Shown here in pieces: positions 19,041-29,459 of a stretch of 64,000 nt of DNA. The stretch comes from Armatimonadota bacterium (GTDB lineage: Bacteria; Armatimonadota; UBA5829; DSUL01), in contig JBDHZC010000007.1 of assembly GCA_039811685.1 (NCBI GenBank), positions 1 to 64,000 on the forward strand, in the 5' to 3' direction. Below the pieces are notes generated by a model. The model searched no databases. It was not told the origin of the DNA and saw only the letters and a list, made by a program, of their open reading frames with translations. Position 1 is the stretch's first letter. The number at the start of each line of letters is the position of its first letter. The position numbers and the translations under genes are program-made.

Positions 19041-22000
19041 TTATACGTTGCTGAGGACCAGGCCTCTGGGCGTGCTTTCAAAGCCGCTGTCACGAAGAGC
19101 CATCTCCACGCTGGAATCCATAACGGGGCGAGCGCCCCAGAAATCTACAGTGAGGCGGCGAATCGGACGAAGAGGCCACGGGCTGTCAAACAGATGTCTT
19201 AGAAGTGGAAACACGCTGAGCGCTCTGGCGTCAGACGCAAGGGGCGTAAGGCGTCTGGCGCCGGCTTCGACAAGCAATACGGCCTCTCCTGAGTCAAACA
19301 CCACCCAGTTGCCAACGCGTCTGACCCAGCCCGCCGATCCCACGAGCGCCGGATCACACGTGTGAACAAGTATCGCTTCCCTGGAATCCGGACCGGGCTG
19401 CCTGAGAGTCTGCGCTGCTTCTGGAAGCGCAAACTGAGCTCCTCCCATATCCCGGATATACCACCCTCGCTCAATCTCTCCCGAGAGTTCCATGCGCTCC
19501 AGAACCCGGTACAATGACCCCCACGGAATCTCAAAGCCGCCCGAGCGCGCGATGTCGCGCGTGAGAACTCCGTAGCGGTCCAGCAGAATCCGTGCCGCCA
19601 ACTCCAGAGTCTCCTCATCCAGTATCGCATTTCCGTTCGTCAGCTCCCAGCGCCCAAGACTCTGCGGGGTGATTTTGGGTCTGTACCGCTTGAGCTGGCG
19701 CAACCTCTGGTGTGCAGACCCGTGGCTCTTCGCGGCAGCCTCCTGTGCCGAGCCGATGGGACTGCCTGCGCGAATCGGACCAAACCCATCCTGCCGGACG
19801 TGTCCACTCCAACTGAGGTCGTAGAGCGTTTTTTCAATCCTGCGCGTGTCTTCTGAGAGCGCCAGGCCAAGATCAACAAGAAAACTCGCGCCTCTTGTTT
19901 GCAGAGCCTCCACAACTCGTCGAGCCAGTTTATCCGCCGGTGGCGAGCTTTCAGGCAGAGGGAGCGAGTGGGAGAGAGCGCGCGGAGCAAAGAAGAGATG
20001 AGATGGTCTTCCGGTGTCAGGGACTCCGCGCCATACAGTCTGCCCCCCAGCCAGAACGCCATCCAGCCACGCAGAGCTGTACATTTTCAGACGCCGCGCA
20101 AATATCTCAGCTTCCCAGACCTGTGCAGGCGCCGCGAAGCCAGTGAACATCTCGAGCAACTCCAGCAGTCCATCCTGCCCTTCCAGCCGGCAGCTTGTGG
20201 AAAGACGCTGCCACTCAAAGAGAAACTGCTGATAACGTGCCAGGCTGACAGGGTGCGCCTCCTGCCTGCGCATCGCAAGCGTGATGCGCCGCGCCGCCTC
20301 AAGCTCATCGCTGCGCAACCAGCCAAACCCGAGATTTACAGCCGCGCCAGCGCCCTCCATCTCCTGAAACGCTCTGTGACCCATCCCTGAGTCAAGGCCG
20401 TAACGCTCCGCGAAATCTTCGGGATGGCAGCCAGGCCTGTTGCGCAGATAGTCCGCCGCCTTTTCCCGCCAGAAGGGTTCGTTTTCCGCCGGAGAGCTCA
20501 ACGCCTTACGCCACTGCGACGCCTCCTCCGACAGAACCCAGCGCTTCTCTGCGCCCACGCTTATCTCCCGCAGCACTCCTCCCCGCAGCAACTCATCCAG
20601 AAGAGCTGTCGTCCCGTTTTCCGAACACTCAGCCATCTCCGCAGTCGAGAGATCGCCTGCGCTTCGCAGAACTTCAGCCAACTCCGGCGCTGTGCGAGCC
20701 TTTCCGAAAGAACCCGCGGGCGAAGCATCTTCGGAAAGCCTGCGTAGCGCTTCGGGACTGATCGCGCGCTCTGATGAGCTGATGAGAGCGGCCATGCCAA
20801 TCTCGGACGGCTCGGCTACCTCGGCTGCTCTGCCAACCGGGCGATCCCACACATACATAAACTCACTGTTGAAGCCAAACTCCAGCGCTGCGGCGAATGG
20901 CGATGGCAGGGGGGAGGAGCTGACGGCCAATTCGACGTCACCCGTCTGCACCTGACGCAGGAGTTGAGCCGTGGCATTTTCATCAAGGTAGTCCGACCGG
21001 CACTCTCGCATCGTCTCGATAACGATGGGAAAATCCGGGACACTCCGTGCCGCCTGAAGAACGTCTTTGGATTTCAGTCTTTGCAGCCACAGCGGATTGC
21101 GCTTACCTGGCCGGGCGCCGGGCAACAGCATGGCTCTGGCTGCGTTCTGCCGGAAGAGCAGCCCGAACAGCGGACTCTGGACTATACCTCGATCCAGAAG
21201 CGCTCGGAAGCGCTCAGGCGTCAATCTGCGAACCAGAGCTGCCGGGTCTGGCGCGTCCCTCGGCAGACGCACAAGCACCCCATCATCTGTGGCAAACGAC
21301 TCTGGCATTGCGGACATCTCATCGCGCACAAGCTCTGTCAGAGCAATGCGCAGCGTCTGGTGGATGCGACCGCCGAAAGGTGTAATCACGGCCAGACGGC
21401 CTTCGCCAAGCTGATCGTGAAAATGCTCGACAACGATCCTGCGGTCAGTTGGCAAAGCCCCGTGCGCCTTTTGACGTCGAATCATCTCGGCAAGGTTGTT
21501 TGCGGCAGTCTCATCGCAGGCTGTTTCTGTTGTTATGAACCTGACCAGATCAGGCGGAGCTGTTATCTGATCAACTTTGTTCAAGAATGTACCGATATCC
21601 TGTCCTAGTTCACTGTCTCGCCAGCGCATCTCACCTCGCCAGAAAGGCGTCTTTGCCGACACACCAGAAGTTGGGTGAACAAAGATGCGATCGGCTTCAA
21701 TCTTCTCAATGCGCCAGAGGCTGGTTCCAAGCCGGAAAGCCTCTCCCTCGCGCGCTTCGAAAACGAACTCTTCGTCCAGTTCGCCTATCGACAACCGTGT
21801 CCCGGACAGATAGACAGGAAACTGCCCGGTGTCTGGGATAACGCTGCCGCCTATCACAGCGCGCAGCGTCCCCGGGAGTGGTAAAAGCTGAGAGTTGACG
21901 CGATCCAGAGAGACGCGGGGAGCAAAATCTTTTCCCAGCCGGCCGGATACCATCTCAACCGTTCGCCAGAAAGCCTGCTCTGACAGGTCTGCAAAGCACG

Positions 22001-23342
22001 CGCTGCGCCGCACTGTCGCGAGCACGCGGCTGATCTCAATTGGGCCGTGGACGCACATAGCTACAATCTGCTGCGCCAGAACATCGAGCGGACAGCTTAC
22101 GGCGCGCGTCGCCTCCACTCTCCCAAAGCGCATGCTGCGCGAGATGACCGCAGACTCCAGAAGATCTGTGACAGAGGTTGCGTAAATTTTGCCGCGCGAA
22201 GTCTCCCCGTAGAGGTGACCCGCCCTCCCTACCCTTTGAAGAGCGCCGGCAACGGTTTTTGGAGACTGTATCTGGCATACCAGGTCTATCGCTCCCATAT
22301 CAATGCCGAGCTCCAGCGTGCTCGTTGCGACCACACCGCGCAGGTCTCCGTTTTTGAGCCGTTCTTCTGTCTCTTTTCGGCGGGTGGGAGAAATTGAGCC
22401 GTGATGCGGCTCCACCAGATGACTCTGCGCGCGTGAGTTCAGGTCCAGAGTCAACCGCTCCACAGTTCGGCGATTGTTGGCGAAAACGAGCGTGGAGCGA
22501 TGAGATTGGATGTCGGAGAGGATTTTCTCCTCAAGCTGCGGCCACAACTCACCAGCCTGCATCGCGTAAAGATCCGCAGTAGCCGAAGTTACGGTCAAAT
22601 CCAGCTTCTTTAGTTCGGAAGCGTCCACAATCTCAACCGGGCGCGGCTTTCCTGAGGAGTCGTATCCACCCAAAAACCTTGCCACTTCTTCCAGCGGGCG
22701 CTGTGTTGCTGACAAGCCTGTTCGCGCTGGAGAAGCGGTGACGATGCTTTCCAGGCTCTCCAGGAGTACGCTCAGGAAGGCGCCGCGCTTATTGGCGACC
22801 AGCGAATGCACTTCGTCAACGATAACCTGCCGCACACCGGCCAGTATAGACGCGGCGCGCGAGCTGAGGATGAGGTTCAGTGATTCTGGAGTCGTGATGA
22901 GAATCTGAGGAGGACGGCGCGCCATCTTCAGGCGCTCACGGGAGGGAGTGTCCCCAGTTCGAACGCCGACAGAAATGTCCGGCCCTTCCACGCCCAGCCG
23001 GCGACCTTCCGCGGACACACCCTCCAGTGGAGCGCGCAAATTGCGCTCGATGTCATAATTCAGCGCCTTCAGAGGGGAGATGTAGAGAATCTGGACGCCC
23101 TTCGTTTTCCGAGCTTCCAGATTAGCCCGAAAAAGGCTGTCAATACCTGCCAGAAAAGCCGCCAGAGTCTTGCCGGAGCCCGTCGGAGCGCAGATGAGGC
23201 ACGATCGCCCTGCGGAAATGTGCGGCCAACCCAGCTCTTGCGGCGGTGTCGGATCGCCCAGAGTCCGGCGAAACCAGCCGGATACGGCTGGGTGAAAAAG
23301 GTCGAGAGAGTTGTCTTTGGAACTCCGCTGTCGGGATGGCAT
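19041..23342 (-). CDS. lhr: Lhr-family ATP-dependent helicase (long form)
   Basis: APTGSGKT, SPLKAL, DEVH, SAT, TLELGID, QRVGRAGH; C-terminal LLDRYGVL...GGAQFA region. Confidence 0.93.
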   Translation of the reverse strand: MPSRQRSSKDNSLDLFHPAVSGWFRRTLGDPTPPQELGWPHISAGRSCLICAPTGSGKTLAAFLAGIDSLFRANLEARKTKGVQILYISPLKALNYDIERNLRAPLEGVSAEGRRLGVEGPDISVGVRTGDTPSRERLKMARRPPQILITTPESLNLILSSRAASILAGVRQVIVDEVHSLVANKRGAFLSVLLESLESIVTASPARTGLSATQRPLEEVARFLGGYDSSGKPRPVEIVDASELKKLDLTVTSATADLYAMQAGELWPQLEEKILSDIQSHRSTLVFANNRRTVERLTLDLNSRAQSHLVEPHHGSISPTRRKETEERLKNGDLRGVVATSTLELGIDMGAIDLVCQIQSPKTVAGALQRVGRAGHLYGETSRGKIYATSVTDLLESAVISRSMRFGRVEATRAVSCPLDVLAQQIVAMCVHGPIEISRVLATVRRSACFADLSEQAFWRTVEMVSGRLGKDFAPRVSLDRVNSQLLPLPGTLRAVIGGSVIPDTGQFPVYLSGTRLSIGELDEEFVFEAREGEAFRLGTSLWRIEKIEADRIFVHPTSGVSAKTPFWRGEMRWRDSELGQDIGTFLNKVDQITAPPDLVRFITTETACDETAANNLAEMIRRQKAHGALPTDRRIVVEHFHDQLGEGRLAVITPFGGRIHQTLRIALTELVRDEMSAMPESFATDDGVLVRLPRDAPDPAALVRRLTPERFRALLDRGIVQSPLFGLLFRQNAARAMLLPGARPGKRNPLWLQRLKSKDVLQAARSVPDFPIVIETMRECRSDYLDENATAQLLRQVQTGDVELAVSSSPLPSPFAAALEFGFNSEFMYVWDRPVGRAAEVAEPSEIGMAALISSSERAISPEALRRLSEDASPAGSFGKARTAPELAEVLRSAGDLSTAEMAECSENGTTALLDELLRGGVLREISVGAEKRWVLSEEASQWRKALSSPAENEPFWREKAADYLRNRPGCHPEDFAERYGLDSGMGHRAFQEMEGAGAAVNLGFGWLRSDELEAARRITLAMRRQEAHPVSLARYQQFLFEWQRLSTSCRLEGQDGLLELLEMFTGFAAPAQVWEAEIFARRLKMYSSAWLDGVLAGGQTVWRGVPDTGRPSHLFFAPRALSHSLPLPESSPPADKLARRVVEALQTRGASFLVDLGLALSEDTRRIEKTLYDLSWSGHVRQDGFGPIRAGSPIGSAQEAAAKSHGSAHQRLRQLKRYRPKITPQSLGRWELTNGNAILDEETLELAARILLDRYGVLTRDIARSGGFEIPWGSLYRVLERMELSGEIERGWYIRDMGGAQFALPEAAQTLRQPGPDSREAILVHTCDPALVGSAGWVRRVGNWVVFDSGEAVLLVEAGARRLTPLASDARALSVFPLLRHLFDSPWPLRPIRRLTVDFWGARPVMDSSVEMALRDSGFESTPRGLVLSNV

Positions 23343-23643
23343 AGGCTTGAGAGCATTATGTCACAGACACGCGTTGAACCCTGAGTATTAGCCAGGGATT
23401 GCGGCGCCCCCGGCTAAACGGAGGAGGGCTTCTGGCATCACGCGTCTGGCCGACGGGTATCCGATTGCAGATGCCGGAGTTTTTCGCGAGTCTTTGAGAG
23501 TGTCTGCGTGTGCGTGAGGCGCGTATGACAAGGGATTGCGCTTTCTTGTATAGTATTCGTGATAAGCCCTGTTTTCTGCCTGTACAGACAGGCCTTCCAC
23601 CGTCAATGTTGCGGTGTCATCCAGATTTGGAAATGTGCAACAC

Positions 23644-24585
23644 ATGAACAGATTCCTTGCCGCAACTCTCTGCATTCTGTCGGTCATCGTCGCCGGATGC
23701 TCCGGCTCAAAATCAAACGCGCCTCTGGGCTCAGCGGAGAACCCTATCAAAATGGCTCTTGTGCCGTCTCTTGAGACCGGCTCTATCATATCCTCGGCTG
23801 ACGCTCTGGCCGCAGCGATCAAGAAGCAAAATGGGCTGGTTGTAAAGGTGAGCGTGCCGACTTCTTATGTGGCTGTTGTGGAGGCGATGGCGGCGGGACG
23901 GGTGGATGTCGGGTGGTTTGGTCCTCTTGCGTATGTGCTGGCGCATCAGAAAGCGCACGCAGAGGCGCTGCTGATCACGGAGCGGGAGGGACACACCGAC
24001 TATATGGGTGTGATCCTTGCTCGAAAAGGAGGGCCTATTCACACGCTCAAAGACTTCAAAGGACGGAAGTTCGCTTTTGTTGACCCTCTCAGCACCTCCG
24101 GAACTCTGTACCCGAAAGCACTGCTCAAACAGAACGGAATTGACCCTGAAAAGGACCTGGAACCCATCTACGCAAACGGCCACGACAAGGCGATCATTGC
24201 CCTTGTCAACAAGCAGGTGGACGGGGCGGCTTGTTACGGCAACTACACCCAGGACGCGCGAGATCGCGCCGAAAAAAGCGTTCCAAACGTCAAGCAGATG
24301 ACTTTTGTCGTCGCCAGAACGGCAAAAATCCCCAACGATAACGTTGCCGTCAGCAGCCAGATGCCTGCGGACGTGCGTGAGAAGTTGAAACAGGCGCTAC
24401 TGGCTATCTCCAGCAGTCCGGACGGGCGCAAAATGCTCATGGATGTTGCCGACATCAACAGCTTGAAACCAACTACTGATTCAGACTACGACTCTGTACG
24501 TGAGATGGCCAAGGCATCCGGCCTGGATATCGAACAGGCGGTCAAGGGTGATCAACCAAAGAAGCCCGCGCCTGTGAAACCGTAA
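23644..24585 (+). CDS. phnD: Phosphate/phosphite/phosphonate ABC transporter substrate-binding lipoprotein
   Basis: Lipobox IVAG-C; FVDPLSTSG and GHD motifs; operon context. Confidence 0.88.
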   Translation: MNRFLAATLCILSVIVAGCSGSKSNAPLGSAENPIKMALVPSLETGSIISSADALAAAIKKQNGLVVKVSVPTSYVAVVEAMAAGRVDVGWFGPLAYVLAHQKAHAEALLITEREGHTDYMGVILARKGGPIHTLKDFKGRKFAFVDPLSTSGTLYPKALLKQNGIDPEKDLEPIYANGHDKAIIALVNKQVDGAACYGNYTQDARDRAEKSVPNVKQMTFVVARTAKIPNDNVAVSSQMPADVREKLKQALLAISSSPDGRKMLMDVADINSLKPTTDSDYDSVREMAKASGLDIEQAVKGDQPKKPAPVKP

Positions 24586-24600
24586 GACCAACTCCGCCCA

Positions 24601-25359
24601 ATGCTTGCGATTCACGATGTCCACAAGGTTTTTCCAGACGGCACGCGCGCGCTTAACGGCATCACTCTCGAAGTTCAGGACGGGGAGTTTGTGTCTGTTC
24701 TTGGCCTGTCCGGCGCGGGCAAAAGCACCCTGCTGCGCTGCATAAACCGCCTGGTAGAGCCGACGTCAGGGACTGTTATGGTAGATGGCGTGGATGTGAC
24801 CCGGGCGGACTCCGCACAGCTTCGCCAGATTCGAACGAAGATCGGAATGATCTTCCAGCAGTTCAATATCATCAAACGCGCCACAGTGCTGACAAACGTG
24901 CTGACCGGACGATTGGGCGTCACACCCGTGTCCTGGGCATTCGGCAACAGGTTCCGCAGCCAGGACTACGAAGACGCGATGGCGGACCTGGAGCGCGTGG
25001 GCATCGCATCCAAAGCGCACCAGCGCGCAGGAGAGCTCTCGGGCGGACAGCAACAACGCGTCGCTATCGCCAGGGCCTTGATGCAGCGGCCCCGATACAT
25101 ACTCGCGGACGAACCAGTCGCCAGCCTGGACCCCGCAACCTCCCATTCCGTACTGAAGTACCTCGAGCAAGTCAACCGCGAGGACGGAATCACCGTGCTC
25201 TGCAATCTGCACGTGCTGTCGCTGGCGCGGCGCTATGCGACGCGCGTAATCGCGCTGAAAGCTGGCGAGCTGGTGTTCGATGGGCTTCCCGACGATATCG
25301 ACGAAGCGCGTTTCAAGCAAATCTACGGACAGGATGCTGAGGAGCTGGAAATCCAGTGA
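24601..25359 (+). CDS. phnC: Phosphonate ABC transporter ATP-binding protein
   Basis: GLSGAGKST, LSGGQQQRV and ADEPVASLDP motifs. Confidence 0.92.
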   Translation: MLAIHDVHKVFPDGTRALNGITLEVQDGEFVSVLGLSGAGKSTLLRCINRLVEPTSGTVMVDGVDVTRADSAQLRQIRTKIGMIFQQFNIIKRATVLTNVLTGRLGVTPVSWAFGNRFRSQDYEDAMADLERVGIASKAHQRAGELSGGQQQRVAIARALMQRPRYILADEPVASLDPATSHSVLKYLEQVNREDGITVLCNLHVLSLARRYATRVIALKAGELVFDGLPDDIDEARFKQIYGQDAEELEIQ

Positions 25360-26390
25360 AGCAGCCCGCTGATTCGCAATCACCCCAGCGCACCTGCAAT
25401 CCCCTTGTGGCCGTCAGCGCCGCTGTCATTCCGGGTCTGGGACATCTGGCTTGCGGCAGAAGATCGCGCGCCCTCGGGTGGTTCCTGTGGATACTCGGGC
25501 AGAGCGCAATCTGTCTGGCAGCTCCTACTCTGAAGCCGTTTGTGTGGTGGGCGGGGCTTCTGTGGCTTTGGAGCATTATAGACGCCTGGTGGCTGGCTGT
25601 CGGGCGTGAGCGCACTCTCACGATTCCCATTGTTTTTGGCGTCGTTCTGAATCTGGTGATGGGCTGGACCATCACCGAAGTCGACCTGGGCGCGCTGGCG
25701 CGCGGCATGCAGAGCACAGGCACAATTCTCAGCGGCCTTCTAACTCCGGAGTTGACCTCCCAGCAGCCCAATGACATCCTCACTCAAAACGTCCGATTGC
25801 TGGCGGAGACAATCTACATGGCGCTGATTGGCACCGTCATCCCCATTCCGGTGACGCTGGCGCTCTCAGTTCTCGGCGCAAAAAACCTTATGCGCGGCAG
25901 TGTATTTGGGACGTCGGTTTACGGGATATCGCGGTCGCTGATGAATCTGCTACGCTCCATTGAAGTCATTGTCATAGCGTTTATGATGGCTACAGCCGTA
26001 GGAATCGGCCCGTTTGCAGGAGTAATGGCGCTGGCCATTCACGGCATAGGCGCGCAGGGCAAGCTCTACTCAGAAGCTATCGAAGATATCGATTCAGGAC
26101 CTGTGGAGGCCATCGCAGCCACAGGCGCCGGCTGGATACAGAGAATTGTCTATGGAGTTCTGCCACAGGTGACGCCCCAGTTCATTGCCTTCACCATGTA
26201 CCGGTGGGACATCAACGTCCGAATGGCGACGGTGATCGGTCTGGTGGGCGGTGGAGGAATCGGCGCGACTCTGTATCAATATATCGGTGTCGCCGACTGG
26301 CACAAAGCTGGAACCAGCATCTGGCTGATTGCCACGGCCGTAATACTTATGGACTGGGCAAGCGCTGCTGTGCGGGACAGATTTGCATAA
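25356..26390 (+). CDS. phnE: Phosphonate ABC transporter permease with extra N-terminal membrane domain
   Basis: GKLYSEAIE...GPVEA..ATGA and YRWDINVR.A..IG.VGGGGIG motifs; GTGA overlap with phnC. Confidence 0.88.
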   Translation: MKQPADSQSPQRTCNPLVAVSAAVIPGLGHLACGRRSRALGWFLWILGQSAICLAAPTLKPFVWWAGLLWLWSIIDAWWLAVGRERTLTIPIVFGVVLNLVMGWTITEVDLGALARGMQSTGTILSGLLTPELTSQQPNDILTQNVRLLAETIYMALIGTVIPIPVTLALSVLGAKNLMRGSVFGTSVYGISRSLMNLLRSIEVIVIAFMMATAVGIGPFAGVMALAIHGIGAQGKLYSEAIEDIDSGPVEAIAATGAGWIQRIVYGVLPQVTPQFIAFTMYRWDINVRMATVIGLVGGGGIGATLYQYIGVADWHKAGTSIWLIATAVILMDWASAAVRDRFA

Positions 26391-26421
26391 CCCGTCACCA
26401 GTCCCGGAGAAAAACTGACCT

Positions 26422-27063
26422 ATGAGCACTGAACAAAAGACGCCGGCCCCGGCTTCACCAAAAAAGAGCCTTCCACTTCCCGCAGTGATAGCTGTCCTGG
26501 TAGTTGCGGTAGTTGCGGTTCTTTATGTCTTTGTCTGGCCGATGATCTCCGGAGGCGGAGGGGATGAGATGGCGGGTATCCCTCCAGCAACGGCTCCTGT
26601 TCCAGCCACGCCTGAAGCGAACAGTCCGGCCACTCCGCCCACGGCCGCGACACCTGGAACTCCACCCAGCCCGACCGGGGCTGTAGCGCCCTCGCCTGGA
26701 ACAGTTCCACCCTCGACAACAGCTCCTGCAGCGCCAGGCGCCAAACCCGCACCTCAGCCTGGTTCGGCGATTACGCTATCACCCAAGGCGGGCGAGATCG
26801 TTGTTGAAGGTACAATCAAGAAGCTGTCGCCTTCTGACGGGGGATTTGTTATGCAGGTTACAGGCATCACTCTTCCCGGTCAGGGGCCTATCACGCTCAG
26901 CCCGCCGCGTGAAAAGACCGTCGTTCCAAACAGCCCTGCGGCGATAACTCAGGGGGGCCAGCCCGCAAAGCTCGGCGCACTCAAGACAGGAGCCAGAGTC
27001 TCGGCGGTTGGACCAAACAAAGGGAAAGGCACAACGCTGCGCGCTCGCCAGATCCAACTGTAG
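26422..27063 (+). CDS. Membrane-anchored Pro/Ala-rich protein with small C-terminal beta (OB/DUF5666-like) domain
   Basis: One TM segment, long PAT-rich linker, VEGTI...LKTGARV.AVG...LRARQI. Confidence 0.75.
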   Translation: MSTEQKTPAPASPKKSLPLPAVIAVLVVAVVAVLYVFVWPMISGGGGDEMAGIPPATAPVPATPEANSPATPPTAATPGTPPSPTGAVAPSPGTVPPSTTAPAAPGAKPAPQPGSAITLSPKAGEIVVEGTIKKLSPSDGGFVMQVTGITLPGQGPITLSPPREKTVVPNSPAAITQGGQPAKLGALKTGARVSAVGPNKGKGTTLRARQIQL

Positions 27064-27148
27064 GAATCCACGGCGGGTCTTTCAGCGCAGGAGTCATCCG
27101 GGCCGCTCGATTCCAGTAACTGAGCGAGCGGCCCGAATAGATGAGCTC

Positions 27149-28045
27149 TTAAGCGACCTCTGCCTCTGCCCACTGCTTGCGCAGAAACTTCACAGTCTTT
27201 GGAATTTCGACTTCCCGATCTCCGATGACCCCGCATTCCAGACTCATAAAGTCCTGGTAGCCAATGAGCTTCAAACCAGCGAAGCCGTTGCGAAAATCCC
27301 TGTTGTCCTGGTGTGGAAGGTTGCGCTTGATAGACGCGAGATGGACGTGATGAATGTAGTCGCGCGCTGAGATGAAAGCGCCCAGGTCATTGGGTTCTTC
27401 AATATACATATGGTACATATCGCCCATGCAACAGCACGCGGGATGGTTGACATCCCGGCAGATTGCAGCGGCATCCGCACACTGGCGGATCAGCCAGGTC
27501 TCACCCCGATTCAGCGGCTCCAGAAGCAGGCGCGTACCGGCCTTCTGCGCGTAATCAGCCAGATCCGGAAGCTGATCAACGATGACTTTTCGTGCGTCCA
27601 CGTGATTGAGCTTGGTCTGCCCGTTGAAAGCCGGCACGTAAATCAATCCGGTTGACCCGAGCTCGCCCGCTGCGCTGAGAATCTCTTTCATGGTGCGCAC
27701 ACACTTCTTGCGCTCCTGCTCATCGTCAGACGCCAGAGCTCCCTGAAAACCCGCACAGATGGCGCTCAGTTTCAGCGGAGAGTTGGCTACGGCTTTCTTG
27801 ATTTCGTCAACCCGGTCAGCCAGCCCACCGCCACCAACCTCAAAGCCGTCAAAGCCCCATTTCTCCATCTTCGCCAACTTCTCAGGCAGATCTTTGCCAG
27901 GGATAATACCCTCCTGGCTGGAGATCTTTTGCACGGCCTTTGTCTTTCTGGCTGCCGCTGAGACGCCGGGCGCATCCAGTGCGATAGCGGCGCCGGCGGC
28001 AACACCTGACAGCAGAAGCGTTCGTCTGTCCATCTTCATACTCAT
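27149..28045 (-). CDS. Tat-exported sugar phosphate isomerase/epimerase (AP endonuclease 2 TIM barrel)
   Basis: MDRRTLL Tat signal; LEPLNR.E, GD.YHM, HVHLA, R..P and LE metal motifs. Confidence 0.88.
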   Translation of the reverse strand: MSMKMDRRTLLLSGVAAGAAIALDAPGVSAAARKTKAVQKISSQEGIIPGKDLPEKLAKMEKWGFDGFEVGGGGLADRVDEIKKAVANSPLKLSAICAGFQGALASDDEQERKKCVRTMKEILSAAGELGSTGLIYVPAFNGQTKLNHVDARKVIVDQLPDLADYAQKAGTRLLLEPLNRGETWLIRQCADAAAICRDVNHPACCCMGDMYHMYIEEPNDLGAFISARDYIHHVHLASIKRNLPHQDNRDFRNGFAGLKLIGYQDFMSLECGVIGDREVEIPKTVKFLRKQWAEAEVA

Positions 28046-28066
28046 AGCTCCGTAACTAACACCCGC

Positions 28067-29404
28067 TCATATGAGCCTGGTGCGGCCTGGGATAGCAACG
28101 GGCGGAACTGGCAACGGGCCAAAGTCCAGGTTCGCTGGCATCAGGTCTTCCTTTGAATTGAGCGCCTGCTCCCAGGTCACTTCCTGCCCGGTGTAAGCAG
28201 CCATACGTCCCATGATCGCCGTAAGGACACTCTCCGCCACACTCTGCGCCTCGTTCAGCGGCTGGCCTGCGCGGATGCTCTTAACCAGATCAGTATGTTC
28301 CTGTACGTAAGGATTGTTGCCCGGGCCCTTGTATTCCCATCTCTTCTTCCCGCTCTGTATCCAGCCATTGGGATCGGAGACGCCTTTGGATCCTGCGACA
28401 AACTCGGAAACATTGTTGACGCAGCCGTCAATCTGACGGCTCATGCTGTGCACCCACTGCCCGCCCGGATACTGGAACTGGATGTCAAAATGGTCGAAGA
28501 TGTGTCCGTACTTCGGATCCGTGCGCACCTGGCGGCCACCCGATCCGAAAGCCTTTACGGGGTGAGCTTGCAACGCCCAGTTGACAACGTCAATATTGTG
28601 GACGTGCTGCTCGACGATGTGGTCTCCAGAAAGCCACGTGTAATAGAGCCAGTTGCGAATCTGGTACTCGGTATCGCTCCACTCCGGCTGCCTGTCATGT
28701 AGCCACAAACCGCCCTGATTCCAGTAGCACTGCGCCGCGACGATCTCTCCCAGTGCCCCGTCGTGAATGCGCTTCATCGTCTCGATGTACCCGTTTTGAT
28801 GACGCCTCTGAGTGCCGGCTACGAAGCCAAGCCCCTTCTGCTTCGCAATCCGCCCAGATTCCATCACGGAGCGGATACCTTTGGCATCTACGGCAACCGG
28901 TTTTTCTGCAAAAATGTGCTTGCCGGCGTCCACCGCGGCCCGGATGTGGATCGGACGAAATCCCGGAGGGGTCGCCAGAATCACCATGTCAACACCGCTG
29001 TCGAGCACTTTTTTGTACGCGTCAAAGCCGGTGAAGCAGCGCTCGGGTGTCACGGCGAGCTTTTGTGCAAATGCGGGGTTATTCTTTGACTGCTCCGCGA
29101 CCACGTTCTGGAGATTAGACAGTGAAGCGTCCAGTCTGTCCCTGAACAGATCTCCCATCGCGACAATCTGCACTCCCTCAGAGCCACTCATGCAGTCCCC
29201 GGCTGCACCCGTGCCGCGCCCTCCGCATCCGATCAGTCCGACTTTAATAATGTCTGAGCCACCTGCAGCGGCGCCCATCGCAAACTTGCCTGAAGACATC
29301 AGCGCCGCAGCCGCAGCGGAAGCCGCTGACACCTTGAGAAATTCGCGGCGCGAGAACTCGCGGCTGGAAGGCGAAGAAGAATCTTCAGTTGCTTTGTTTT
29401 TCAT
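28067..29404 (-). CDS. Tat-exported Gfo/Idh/MocA oxidoreductase
   Basis: SRREFLK Tat signal; GLIGCGGRG, AEKP and EQHVHNID motifs; AGGAGA RBS. Confidence 0.92.
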   Translation of the reverse strand: MKNKATEDSSSPSSREFSRREFLKVSAASAAAAALMSSGKFAMGAAAGGSDIIKVGLIGCGGRGTGAAGDCMSGSEGVQIVAMGDLFRDRLDASLSNLQNVVAEQSKNNPAFAQKLAVTPERCFTGFDAYKKVLDSGVDMVILATPPGFRPIHIRAAVDAGKHIFAEKPVAVDAKGIRSVMESGRIAKQKGLGFVAGTQRRHQNGYIETMKRIHDGALGEIVAAQCYWNQGGLWLHDRQPEWSDTEYQIRNWLYYTWLSGDHIVEQHVHNIDVVNWALQAHPVKAFGSGGRQVRTDPKYGHIFDHFDIQFQYPGGQWVHSMSRQIDGCVNNVSEFVAGSKGVSDPNGWIQSGKKRWEYKGPGNNPYVQEHTDLVKSIRAGQPLNEAQSVAESVLTAIMGRMAAYTGQEVTWEQALNSKEDLMPANLDFGPLPVPPVAIPGRTRLI

Positions 29405-29459
29405 TGTTTCTCCTGACACTGGCATCCCTATGGCGACAGTGGAAGTAGAGTCCTACGCT

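Noticed and set aside
2472..23342. DUF1998 helicase plus Lhr as an anti-phage (DISARM/Druantia-like) system
   Set aside because: They are about 14 kb apart, have no methylase, nuclease or partner genes, and both look like housekeeping repair helicases.
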